A stretch of 64,000 nucleotides of DNA from an uncultured Chlorobiaceae bacterium (GCA_964512655.1 CAZEJT010000003.1:183719-247718); one strand, 5' to 3'; shown: positions 21,915 to 30,703, counted from the stretch's first letter. The notes: generated by a model not told the origin, from the letters alone. Translations and numbers: made by a program.

Positions 21915-22493
21915 CTATAGAATCTGGTAGACGCGGTATTCTACCTTCCCCGGAATGGACTTATACACCCCCACCGCTATGACCTTGTTGAGCCAGGCGT
22001 ATTTTTCTGCTCCGGCCTCGAACATAGGTACGATGCGGGCGAACAGCTCCCCACCCGGATCTTTGTAGGCGATCCCGCGACAGGTCATTAGAATCTTCTG
22101 GTCATCATCGGTCTGCAAAACAAACCGAATGTCGAGGGAGCTTGTGCCATCGGGACGCACCACCATCCAGTCACCGCTTGGATTTACTACAGTACCCTTT
22201 AGTCGCGGACCCTCAAAAGTTCCACCGGAGACGGCAACAACTACCCGCTTCACACCCGGGGATCCAACGTTATTTGATGGCCCCCTTTCGAACACTAGGT
22301 CCATGAGAAACTGTGAGTGAAGCCGGTCTCCGGCTTGTGTGTCCGCCGGCGATGCAACCTGGTGGAGTTTCGAGCCAGTGAGGGTGTCGCCCGGGGCCGT
22401 GCCGCGGGAGCGATTGCTGCCGAACGATGTTGCCAGCGCGAAAACAACGAGGTAAGCGGTGTTGTTGATTCTCATTAGATAACGCCGAATCAT
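21915..22493 (-). CDS. DUF3237 family secreted protein
   Basis: ATG at 22493 with an AAAGGCAAAGGAACCC RBS region; signal peptide MIRRYLMRINNTAYLVVFALA. Conserved VSGGTFEGPRLKGTV…GDW…RPDG…LDIRF…TDD pattern. The longer tracked ORF (to 22685) reads through the paralog leader and is unlikely to be real. Confidence 0.65.
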   Translation of the reverse strand: MIRRYLMRINNTAYLVVFALATSFGSNRSRGTAPGDTLTGSKLHQVASPADTQAGDRLHSQFLMDLVFERGPSNNVGSPGVKRVVVAVSGGTFEGPRLKGTVVNPSGDWMVVRPDGTSSLDIRFVLQTDDDQKILMTCRGIAYKDPGGELFARIVPMFEAGAEKYAWLNKVIAVGVYKSIPGKVEYRVYQIL

Positions 22494-22635
22494 GGGTTCC
22501 TTTGCCTTTTTGTTGTGCAGATTAACAGATAATACGCGAACTGAGATGTACAACAATGAAACAGCACTAATCGGTTCAGTGGTTGTGCATGAGGCGGGAG
22601 TTGGGTAGATTGAGTGAAGAGGGCTCGGAGAATCT

Positions 22636-23139
22636 ATGCGCGTGTTGACGAGCATAACGGTGTGCTTTTTCTTGTTGGGATGCAATCATGACGTGCTAGT
22701 CGTTCCATCCCAGCTACTTGGCATCGAGGTCGCTGTCACACCCTCACCTTCGGTTGGCAGCCTCACCAGCCCGGTGACCGTGACGGCGAGCGTGAAAAAC
22801 CGCGGTATTTTCACGCGGCTCTGTTATTCAGGTTGCGACTATCTGATCACCGGGATAGACTTTCGTATCTACGATCCATACTTCCAGGAGGTTTTTCTCT
22901 ATGATCCGAGGACGCGGCCGCTTTGTGCAGACTTTACTGTTTTGTTCCATCCGGGTGAGAACATCCAGGGTGCGTTCACGATCGACGGGACACTCTACGA
23001 TGCTCGTGGCGATACGGTAAAGATGGGCCGGGGTACGTACAGCATCCTCATCGAATTCACTTCCTGGGCGGAGGATCATTCCGAGGTAAGTCGGCTCGTA
23101 GTCGAGAAGCTGATTACGTTTGACTGGAAGACGGGGTGA
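22636..23139 (+). CDS. Paralogous lipoprotein family member 3 (distal copy)
   Basis: MRVLTSITVCFFLLGC lipobox, with RLCYSGCDYLITG, YDPYFQEVFLYDP, GTYSILIEFTSWAEDH and KLITFDWKTG. Same leader and terminator as copies 1 and 2. Confidence 0.75.
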   Translation: MRVLTSITVCFFLLGCNHDVLVVPSQLLGIEVAVTPSPSVGSLTSPVTVTASVKNRGIFTRLCYSGCDYLITGIDFRIYDPYFQEVFLYDPRTRPLCADFTVLFHPGENIQGAFTIDGTLYDARGDTVKMGRGTYSILIEFTSWAEDHSEVSRLVVEKLITFDWKTG

Positions 23140-23196
23140 TAATCCGGAACAACTCGGAGACACCTTCAACTGGCCTTCATTCCCTCTAATGAAAAA

Positions 23197-23231
23197 GTCC
23201 CACCTGGCGCGGCCGGTTGGGACTTTCTGCG
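23197..23231 (+). terminator. Rho-independent terminator after lipoprotein copy 3
   Basis: gtcccacctggcgcggccggttgggac stem-loop followed by TTTCTGCG. Paralogous to the 16315-16341 hairpin. Confidence 0.55.
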
Positions 23232-23367
23232 AATGAGACCTGATAGACCCGATTATGGCCTTTCCCCTGCATCAATTGAAACTCTCCGACCCGTAATTCA
23301 TTTGACTTTCTCCAAAAGGTTGTGTAGGGTAATGTAATTGGTGTCCATTACCCACTCGAGGTGGCTT

Positions 23368-24702
23368 ATGAGGACACGCATTTTCCTTCCGATCGTTTAC
23401 CTTCTCTGGCTTCACTCGACTGCCCAAACCCAAGCCTGGGTTCCGATCAAAAGCAGCTTCATGGGACCGGACACGGCTGTCCCCCCGGCCATCTGGACGT
23501 TAACAGGCTTTGACGGCAACCTCATTGTGGCCGGTTCTTTCGGTAGTGTCGCGGGTGTTGAAGCGCACTCCATTGCGCGCTGGGACGGGACCGAATGGCA
23601 CTCGCTCGCAGGTGGCCTCACCGCGTCGAATGCCCCGAATAACGAAATTCGTGCGGTCTTGGGCCTTGGAACTGATTTGTACGCCGGAGGAGAGTTCGAC
23701 TCGATCGGAGGAATCCGGGCGAAGAATGTTGCCCGCTGGGATGGTTTTGAATGGCATGCTGTTGACGAGACGATAAAGGCCTTCCCCGTACACGCGATGT
23801 TTGTGTACCAGGGTGAGTTGTACGTCAGCGGTGTGTTTGACATGGCAGTCGCGAAGCTCGTGAACGGATCGTGGGTGCGGGTGGGATCAGATACCGATTA
23901 TGCCGGCGGATCTTCGATGACCGTGTTCCAGAATGATTTATATGTCGGAGGTTTCGAGCGGGTGATGAAGTGGAACGGGTCGAGTTGGTCTGTCCTTGGG
24001 CTGAATCCGTGGCCGGAGCACATATATGCCGCCCTTGCCACCTTTGGAAATTCTCTCTACGCCAGCGTTTACTCTCCGTATAACACAAACCTCATTGCCC
24101 GGTTCAAGGACGGTGTTTGGGAGGAGATTCTTACGCCACGACTTCACAAGTCCTATGGAGCATTTAGCAACTTCGGAAGTACCTTGATCGCCGGCGGCAC
24201 ACACGAGGCGTTCGACACCTCCGATGGGGTTGTGCCGGCTAATGGTTTGGCCGTATGGGATGGATCGAGTTGGCATTCGGGGCCAGGCGGTGTTCAAGCA
24301 ATCGTGTCGGGTTTTACAATTATCGACAGCACGCTTTATGCTGCCGGGTCGTTTCAGTTCGAAGGCGACAGTGCGACCTATGGGGTCGCGAGGTTATTAC
24401 TCCCCAACGATGTTACCGGCGGCCAGCCGCACGTTCCCCGCGAATTTGCGCTGGGTCAGAACTATCCTAACCCCTTCAATCCGTCGACAACATTCACGTT
24501 TAGTCTTCCATCGAAAGCGTTCGTCTCGCTGAAAGTGTTTGATGAATTGGGGAGAGAGGTATCAACAGTTTTTGCCCAAGAGATGCCTCCGGGGGTGTAT
24601 TCAAGGCATTGGAATGCCGATGGTTTATCCAGTGGCACATACTTTTATCGGCTTCGCGCCGGCTCAATCAGCGAAACCAGGAAGCTCATTGTGGTACGAT
24701 AA
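23368..24702 (+). CDS. Kelch-like beta-propeller repeat protein with T9SS C-terminal sorting domain
   Basis: Signal peptide MRTRIFLPIVYLLWLHSTAQ. About six repeats of the form ARWDGTEWHSLAGG, ARWDGFEWHAV, MKWNGSSWSVLG and AVWDGSSWHSGPGG at roughly 50-aa spacing. [25 protein letters not shown]…GTYFYRL. Confidence 0.75.
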   Translation: MRTRIFLPIVYLLWLHSTAQTQAWVPIKSSFMGPDTAVPPAIWTLTGFDGNLIVAGSFGSVAGVEAHSIARWDGTEWHSLAGGLTASNAPNNEIRAVLGLGTDLYAGGEFDSIGGIRAKNVARWDGFEWHAVDETIKAFPVHAMFVYQGELYVSGVFDMAVAKLVNGSWVRVGSDTDYAGGSSMTVFQNDLYVGGFERVMKWNGSSWSVLGLNPWPEHIYAALATFGNSLYASVYSPYNTNLIARFKDGVWEEILTPRLHKSYGAFSNFGSTLIAGGTHEAFDTSDGVVPANGLAVWDGSSWHSGPGGVQAIVSGFTIIDSTLYAAGSFQFEGDSATYGVARLLLPNDVTGGQPHVPREFALGQNYPNPFNPSTTFTFSLPSKAFVSLKVFDELGREVSTVFAQEMPPGVYSRHWNADGLSSGTYFYRLRAGSISETRKLIVVR

Positions 24703-24766
24703 GATCAAAGCCCCAACCATCGTATAAGGGTTGGGGCTTCGGTTGAAAACCTGCCGGGAGCTAGCT

Positions 24767-26551
24767 CTACCGTGGACGCTGTGGGAGGTTTTTCGCAATC
24801 CTGGAAATCAGACCCCCGCTTCTTTTCTTCTCCTCCACCTTCCTCAGCGGCTCGTCTTTGTGCTGCTTGTTCACGTAGACCTGCTGGGCTATGGAGAAGA
24901 GATTGAACATGAAGTAGTATAGGTTGAGGCCCGAGGGGAACCCATTGAACATCATCGTCAGAAGTACCGGCATCATCCACACCATCATCTTCTGACGCGG
25001 ATCTTTCACGCTCATCTTCTGCTGAACAAACATAGTCACGCCCATCAGGAGTGCGAGCCCGCTGACCTCGCTGATATTGAAGAAAGGGATCTTGAACGGG
25101 AGGGTCGCGACAACATCGGGGGTGGAAAGATCCTGAATCCACCACACGAAAGAAGCCTGCCGCAATTCGATCGTAGCGCTGAATACCGCCCATAGTGCAT
25201 ACAGGATCGGCAGTTGCAAGAGCATGGGGAGACAGCCGCCGGCGGGGTTCACGCCATACTCCTTATAGAGCCGCATCATTGCCTGGTTCATCTTCTGCGG
25301 ATCATCTTTGTGCTTCTCCCGGATCTCGGTCATCATCGGCTGAAGAGCCTGCATCTTCCTCATCGAGGTCATGCTGCTCTTCGTCAGGGGGTAGAGCACG
25401 ACCTTTATGAGGATAGAGAAGATGATGAGAACGACTCCGAAGTTCGAAATGAACAGCCGCAGGAAGTTGAACGTCGGGATAATGACATAGCGGGAGATCG
25501 GTCTGATGATCCAGGCGGCCCCGAGGCTCATAATCCTATCGAGCTCGACATCATACTTCTTCACAATGTCGAAGTCGAGGGGCCCCAGATAAACCGTGAA
25601 CCTGTCGGTCTCTACGGGGTTACCGACGAAGGGCATCTTAAGAGCGAGACTGTAGTTCTCCTTCGCGCCATTATCCGGCAGATGCACCCTATTGCCTTCG
25701 ATGTAGGCTCCCTGGCTCGCCTTCTCGCGGGGAATGATTGCGAGCGCGAAGTACTTGTTTCTCGCGGCCACCCAGGTCACACGGCCGGACACGTTCTGCT
25801 TTATGGGCTCATTGAAGTTATTTGCGTCAACGTCTGTGAGCTCCCCGCCTGCAAATGCCGAGGCCTTGGCGAAATTCGATTCGTTAACGGTGTTCCGTTC
25901 CTGATACCTGAGTCCTGACTCCCAGGAGACCTGGTATTCGAAATTGGAGATAATATTCTCCATGTTCTCGAACCGATACACCGCGTCGAACGAATAGAGC
26001 CCGCCATAAAAGACGAGCGATTTGACTATGCGGCTCTTCTGGTCCACGGAGAGAACCAGATCTATCCTGACCGAATCGTTCTCGCCGAGAGTAACGTCCT
26101 GCCCCCCCTGAAATTCCGGCTTGAACACGAGATTCTTCGTGTTGACGAGCTTCCCATCGGAGGTAAAAAACGTGAGGTTGAAATCGCGCGTATTGGGGCC
26201 GTCGACGAGATTTACAGGGTACTTATCCCATGTCTTAAACTGCTTTAACTCCCACGATTGGATGGCGCCGCCCCGGGTGGATATCTCCGCCCGGTAGTAC
26301 TTGGTTTCGATCCGGATGGTCTTTGCTTCCCCTGTGGCAAGTGGTGAGAAGAACTTGCCGAGAGTATCGCCTCCCGCGCGTTCATTGCCGGGAATCGGCT
26401 GGCGGTTGATCGTGGTGTCGGGCTTCGGTACGTGGACTGCGGTAGATTCTGCACCCACCGGAGCCTTGGTGGGCGGCGGGGCATTCATATACATCCAGAC
26501 CATCAGGATGATGCCGATAAGGACGAACCCTATTATTGTATTTCGGTCCAT
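24767..26551 (-). CDS. yidC: Membrane protein insertase YidC
   Basis: N-terminal TM, a large periplasmic domain, and a C-terminal five-TM core with conserved regions. Conserved position next to yidD/rnpA. Confidence 0.92.
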   Translation of the reverse strand: MDRNTIIGFVLIGIILMVWMYMNAPPPTKAPVGAESTAVHVPKPDTTINRQPIPGNERAGGDTLGKFFSPLATGEAKTIRIETKYYRAEISTRGGAIQSWELKQFKTWDKYPVNLVDGPNTRDFNLTFFTSDGKLVNTKNLVFKPEFQGGQDVTLGENDSVRIDLVLSVDQKSRIVKSLVFYGGLYSFDAVYRFENMENIISNFEYQVSWESGLRYQERNTVNESNFAKASAFAGGELTDVDANNFNEPIKQNVSGRVTWVAARNKYFALAIIPREKASQGAYIEGNRVHLPDNGAKENYSLALKMPFVGNPVETDRFTVYLGPLDFDIVKKYDVELDRIMSLGAAWIIRPISRYVIIPTFNFLRLFISNFGVVLIIFSILIKVVLYPLTKSSMTSMRKMQALQPMMTEIREKHKDDPQKMNQAMMRLYKEYGVNPAGGCLPMLLQLPILYALWAVFSATIELRQASFVWWIQDLSTPDVVATLPFKIPFFNISEVSGLALLMGVTMFVQQKMSVKDPRQKMMVWMMPVLLTMMFNGFPSGLNLYYFMFNLFSIAQQVYVNKQHKDEPLRKVEEKKRSGGLISRIAKNLPQRPR

Positions 26552-26585
26552 CGATCTGGAGAATCAGTAAATGATGAGGGGGGAG

Positions 26586-26789
26586 TTAAGGGACCGGGTC
26601 ATATCCGCCGGCATGCATAGGATGACAACGCAGCACTCTTTTCACGGCAAGCCAGATGCCCCTGGCTGAACCATACCTCTCAACCGATTCGATTGCATAC
26701 GAGGAGCAGGATGGGTAAAATCTGCAGGTGTTCGCGGCGACGGCCGGCGAGATCCACCGCTTGTAAAAGCGAAGAAGAAGGAGGATCAT
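26586..26789 (-). CDS. yidD: Membrane protein insertion efficiency factor YidD
   Basis: 67 aa with YKRWISP…CRFYPSCSSYA…HPMHAGGYDP, the hallmark YidD motif. Confidence 0.9.
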   Translation of the reverse strand: MILLLLRFYKRWISPAVAANTCRFYPSCSSYAIESVERYGSARGIWLAVKRVLRCHPMHAGGYDPVP

Positions 26790-27199
26790 TCGGATTCCCC
26801 GGGCTTCGAATCGGCGAGCATATGGAGGAGGTTTTTCATGTCCGTTTCGACATCCTGATACGCTGGGAACCGCTGCGATTTGGTGACGTTGGAGGAGTAC
26901 AGGAATACCAGTGCCAGAGGTTTTGATTGGCGCTTCAGTCGCGGCCGGAGTATCGCCTTGTTGATCCTGTATGCTTCACGTAGTAACCTCTTGAGGCGGT
27001 TCCGGTCGACTGCTCTCTTGAGCTGCCCGGGCGCCGTGAATCCCACCCCCGAACTGGATCCAGGCCGCAGCTTCAAGCGGTCGTCTGCCAGGACGAGGCA
27101 ATGGAGGTACTTTCCCTGAATCTTTCTTCCTTGCTGGAAAACAAGCTGAAAATTGTTTCTTCCGCTCAAGATCTCCGATCGCTTCAGAGTGAGTCTCAC
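26786..27199 (-). CDS. rnpA: Ribonuclease P protein component RnpA
   Basis: VRLTLKRSEILSGRNNFQLVFQQGRKI… RnpA N-terminal motif plus a basic RNR-like region (RNRLKRLLREAYR). GTG start chosen 24 nt downstream of the rpmH stop; the tracked ORF start at 27295 would overlap rpmH. Confidence 0.75.
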   Translation of the reverse strand: MRLTLKRSEILSGRNNFQLVFQQGRKIQGKYLHCLVLADDRLKLRPGSSSGVGFTAPGQLKRAVDRNRLKRLLREAYRINKAILRPRLKRQSKPLALVFLYSSNVTKSQRFPAYQDVETDMKNLLHMLADSKPGESE

Positions 27200-27224
27200 T
27201 CCCTGTGGACCGGATTGTGGGGGC

Positions 27225-27371
27225 CTAACGTTCGTCGCTGACGGTGAGCTTCCAGCGTCCTTTTTTGCGGCGGCGGGCGAGAACTTTTCTCCCATCTTTC
27301 GATTTCATGCGCTCGCGGAATCCGTGCTTGTTTTTACGTTTCCGCACACTTGGTTGAAATGTCCGCTTCAT
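27225..27371 (-). CDS. rpmH: 50S ribosomal protein L34 (48 aa), absent from the ORF track because it is under 60 aa
   Basis: Reverse-complement translation gives [48 protein letters not shown], the canonical L34 sequence. It sits immediately upstream of rnpA as in almost all bacteria. Confidence 0.92.
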   Translation of the reverse strand: MKRTFQPSVRKRKNKHGFRERMKSKDGRKVLARRRKKGRWKLTVSDER

Positions 27372-27515
27372 ACTGTTCGACTCCGATTAAAATCGATGCT
27401 TCCGGGGATGTAAAAAGAGGATTGCTGTTCACAATCCTCTGCCTTCAAAAGCCTGCAATTTGACGGTGAATTGCCAATATACGCAAAGCCCGCTGCAAAT
27501 ACAAACCAATTGGGG

Positions 27516-28127
27516 TCATGCGTCGCGGTCGTACGCGATCTTCAACCATCGTTTCACATCGTCATTGATTTCCTTCAGGGAGGTGAGCGGTATTCGATGC
27601 GTGATTCGATCCTTCTTGGCGAAACCTCCCGTGTCGATCAGCCGACCGGTGGCCTTTCGGTCGCCCAGCGCCAGGCCAAGATCGATTCGTGTCTGGGTGC
27701 TCGGCTTGATCTGCGCGAAAACGTGTTTGCGGAAGAGCGGCACGATCGTCTGGCACGGACACGCCTTTACATCCTTCCCGATCCCCAGTCCGACTTTCAG
27801 CACCTTGTCGTAGATGGGCCGCAGGCCCGATTTGCCTCCGGAGAACATTTCCTCGACGTAACGCTCGGCGGCCTGCAGATATTCTTCGGGCGCCCCGGTT
27901 TCGACGGGCCTCCCCTCAACGTAGTCCGCAAACCAGGCGGCGGTGTTTGTCCCCATGCCGTGCTTGCTCTTTAACCAGGCACGTTTGGCATCGGATCCTT
28001 TCGGGCCGGTCTTCTCGATCAATGCAACCCACTCGTCCAGCGATCGGCCTGTGGATTGCTTCAACCCGGCGATCCACCTCTGTGTCATGAGTGAGCTGGG
28101 GTGAACGCTGTAGATCGAAGTTGGCAT
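27516..28127 (-). CDS. DUF4287/DUF5655 domain protein
   Basis: Roughly 200 aa with a two-domain layout. N-terminal …TGRSLDEWVALIEKTGP… (DUF4287-like) and a C-terminal …KHVFAQIKP.TQTRIDLGL… block. Assigned by family pattern only. Confidence 0.45.
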   Translation of the reverse strand: MPTSIYSVHPSSLMTQRWIAGLKQSTGRSLDEWVALIEKTGPKGSDAKRAWLKSKHGMGTNTAAWFADYVEGRPVETGAPEEYLQAAERYVEEMFSGGKSGLRPIYDKVLKVGLGIGKDVKACPCQTIVPLFRKHVFAQIKPSTQTRIDLGLALGDRKATGRLIDTGGFAKKDRITHRIPLTSLKEINDDVKRWLKIAYDRDA

Positions 28128-28143
28128 AACGTTTCTCCTCTAG

Positions 28144-28542
28144 TTACTCTCCGAGCGTGTATTCGAAATCGTAAAGGTGCTTCCCATCCACGATGTTGAT
28201 GACGAGGCTTCCGGAGATTCCCTCCAGCCCTTCCGTTCCTGAGTCGGGCACCACGGTGATTTTCAGATCGGGGGCGCCGCGGTTCATCGTGCCCCGGTGC
28301 TGAAGCACAAACGACCCCTTCCTGCCCATCAGCGTGCCGCTCACCAGCTCGATCGCAACGTATCCCGCCGATCCCTTCACGTTTCCACCGGCGGTGAGCA
28401 TTTGCCCTTTGCTCTCGCCTTCAATATCTCCGGTGAACTTCTTGTTGATCAGCATCCTGCCCAGCGGCGTCCCGAGGTATACCTCGTCCGGACCCTGGGG
28501 TTCGAGCCTTACTTCGAAGGTCCCCTTTGCGTGGTTAGTCAT
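28144..28542 (-). CDS. DUF3224 family protein
   Basis: 132 aa. GTFEV…F.GDIEG.S.G.ML pattern typical of DUF3224. Confidence 0.5.
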   Translation of the reverse strand: MTNHAKGTFEVRLEPQGPDEVYLGTPLGRMLINKKFTGDIEGESKGQMLTAGGNVKGSAGYVAIELVSGTLMGRKGSFVLQHRGTMNRGAPDLKITVVPDSGTEGLEGISGSLVINIVDGKHLYDFEYTLGE

Positions 28543-28549
28543 CCTTCAA

Positions 28550-28852
28550 TCACATTTCGGTCCCCTTGATCTGCTTTCTTCTCTTGCGTGTGAGCTGAAG
28601 CCCTCCAAAACCGGCGATCACGGCGATGTAATATCCGAAATCATACCACCATCCCGAGTTGAAGGGTTCGTAGATTCGCACATCATGATTGAAAATCCCG
28701 ACTATAAGCGAGAGTGGGGCAATCCACCCATGCCATACGCCGGCGAAGAACCCTGCCCTCTCAAAGGGTGAATAGGCGTTCGTTCCCGGAAAGCATCCGC
28801 TCACCGTGATGACCACCAACAGAATGGCTGCTGCAACCAAGAGCGTTTTCAT
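28550..28852 (-). CDS. Small hypothetical membrane or lipoprotein
   Basis: N-terminal hydrophobic segment with a SGC lipobox, a second hydrophobic stretch, and a basic C-terminus. Confidence 0.4.
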   Translation of the reverse strand: MKTLLVAAAILLVVITVSGCFPGTNAYSPFERAGFFAGVWHGWIAPLSLIVGIFNHDVRIYEPFNSGWWYDFGYYIAVIAGFGGLQLTRKRRKQIKGTEM

Positions 28853-28909
28853 CGTTGCCTCACTTATTGTGTGGGTTGAGGATAGCCTCCCGTCTTCTTA
28901 TTACGCGGT

Positions 28910-29497
28910 CTATTTCACCAGGCCGATCTGCTTCATGAACGCCTGGTTGTCCCAGAAGAGGGATTCCTCTATCATTCTCCCGTTTTGCCAGTGCCCGACG
29001 GTGCACATGGAGACGTTGAATGCCTTCCCGGTCGGTTTGATGCTTTTGCCTTTGCCAATCGGCATGGGTTTGGAAAACGTACCCATCATATTGCCTGTGA
29101 CACAGGTATAATCCCCTGAGCCGAACCTGATCGGGTGCTCAAGTACTCTTGTGTCGGGCGCGAAGACAAACATCCCTTTCAAGTCTTCGATATGGGTCGC
29201 AATATCTTTCGTTTGACGACTGTCCGGCCAATTGACAACAATGTTGTCTGCATGGCTTTCACCAAGGCGATCCCATTTCTGGTGGGTAAAAACTTCGAAG
29301 TCGAGCGTGTCAAACTTGATCAGGCGCGCTTCAACTGTCGCCCTTTCTTCCGCATATTTTTTCAGCTCATTCTGCAGCGAATCTATTCTGGCCTGCAGAA
29401 TGCGAGAGTTGTCTGTGCAGCTCCCGAGAGGAAGAATTAGTACCCCGAGGACAACTCCTCCAAGAATCGCCAATCCTACTAATGCTGTTAGTTTCAT
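28910..29497 (-). CDS. SnoaL-like / ester cyclase (NTF2-fold) lipoprotein
   Basis: Signal with lipobox LGSC and a coiled region. The ~120-aa C-terminus has NTF2-like spacing typical of ester cyclases (…NIVVNWPDSRQTKDIATHIEDLKGMFVFAPDTRVLEHPIRFGSGDYTCVTGNMMGTF…WQNGRMIEESLFWDNQAFMKQ). Confidence 0.5.
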   Translation of the reverse strand: MKLTALVGLAILGGVVLGVLILPLGSCTDNSRILQARIDSLQNELKKYAEERATVEARLIKFDTLDFEVFTHQKWDRLGESHADNIVVNWPDSRQTKDIATHIEDLKGMFVFAPDTRVLEHPIRFGSGDYTCVTGNMMGTFSKPMPIGKGKSIKPTGKAFNVSMCTVGHWQNGRMIEESLFWDNQAFMKQIGLVK

Positions 29498-29587
29498 GAC
29501 GCACCTCCTTATGTGTTGAGTGGAATTGGTCGTGCTCAGTTAAAGAACTCTGCGTCCGCCTTGCTCAAAAACCCGGCCGCGCCAAAT

Positions 29588-30703
29588 TCAGCCCATGCCC
29601 AGAGTTCGAAAGAACTCTTTTATGTCCTCTGCAAGAAGTTGCGGTTTCTCCATTGCCGCGAAATGGCCTCCCTCCGGATAGTCGGTCCAATGCTGAACAT
29701 TGTATCCCCTCTTGATGATTACTCGCGGGGCGAATGGATCCTCCAGGGCGAACTTTACGATACCAACCGGCACACTCACGTACTCATCTCCCCCAAATCG
29801 CCATGGGATCTTGCTGTTCTCGTAGTAAAGCCGCGTCGAGGAATGAATCGTTTGCGTGACCCAGTAGAGTGTCACGTTGGCGAGCAGCTCATCCTTCGTG
29901 AATACGCTTTCGACGTCGCCCTTGCAATCCGACCAGCCATGAAATTTTTCCACGATCCAGGCGCACAATCCGACGGGGGAATCGTTCAGTGAGTACCCGA
30001 GCGTAATTGGCTTTGTTCTTTGCTGATGGTCATATGCCCCCTCCCTGTCGTACCAGTCGGCAGCGTGTTTTCCGAATTCGATTTCCTCCTGGGTCAGGGT
30101 TTGTCCTTCCGGCAGGTAAGGAATATCCGATCCCGGGATGTAGTTTAAATGCAGACCTATCACATGCTCGGGATATTCCAGGGCGAGAGCCGTGCTCACC
30201 CCGGATCCGAAGTCTCCTCCCTGCGCGCCAAATCGCTCGTACCCGATCATCCTCATCAATTTGAACCAAAGGCGGGCCATGTAGCGGACATTGCACCCGT
30301 TCTCCGTTATCCGATCGGAGAAGCCAAATCCCGGCATGGACGGAATGACAAGATCAAATGTGGGAGCGGGCCCTTCCGTGAGGAGGGGAATGATTTTCAT
30401 GAACTCAAGAAAGGATCCGGGCCAGCCGTGCGTGACGATCAGAGGGATCGAATTCTTTTCTCCCCCTTTGATCATCATGAAATGGATTTTGTGCCCGTCT
30501 ATTTCGGCAAGGTAGTTGGGATAGCGATTCACGGCGCGTTCAATCTGTCTCCAGTCGAATCTCTTCTCCCAGTACGCGGCAAGTTTCTTCATGTAACTCA
30601 GATTTGCGCCAAACTCCCACCCCGATCCGGTTATTTCATCAGGCCATCGGGTGCGTGCGATTCTCGTTCGGAGATCTTTCAGGACCTGTTCCGGTATTCT
30701 CAC
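29588..30703 (-). CDS. Epoxide hydrolase (alpha/beta-hydrolase with EH N-terminal domain)
   Basis: N-terminal IPEQVLKDLRTRIARTRWPDE (EHN domain), HGWPGSF, and a nucleophile elbow GGDFGSGVS. About 370 aa. Confidence 0.8.
   Translation of the reverse strand: MRIPEQVLKDLRTRIARTRWPDEITGSGWEFGANLSYMKKLAAYWEKRFDWRQIERAVNRYPNYLAEIDGHKIHFMMIKGGEKNSIPLIVTHGWPGSFLEFMKIIPLLTEGPAPTFDLVIPSMPGFGFSDRITENGCNVRYMARLWFKLMRMIGYERFGAQGGDFGSGVSTALALEYPEHVIGLHLNYIPGSDIPYLPEGQTLTQEEIEFGKHAADWYDREGAYDHQQRTKPITLGYSLNDSPVGLCAWIVEKFHGWSDCKGDVESVFTKDELLANVTLYWVTQTIHSSTRLYYENSKIPWRFGGDEYVSVPVGIVKFALEDPFAPRVIIKRGYNVQHWTDYPEGGHFAAMEKPQLLAEDIKEFFRTLGMG

Noticed and set aside
21915-22685. Long N-terminal extension of the DUF3237 ORF (to 22685)
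   Set aside because: The extension reads antisense through the conserved lipoprotein leader and the copy-3 start. An internal ATG at 22493 with an RBS and a signal peptide is the credible start.
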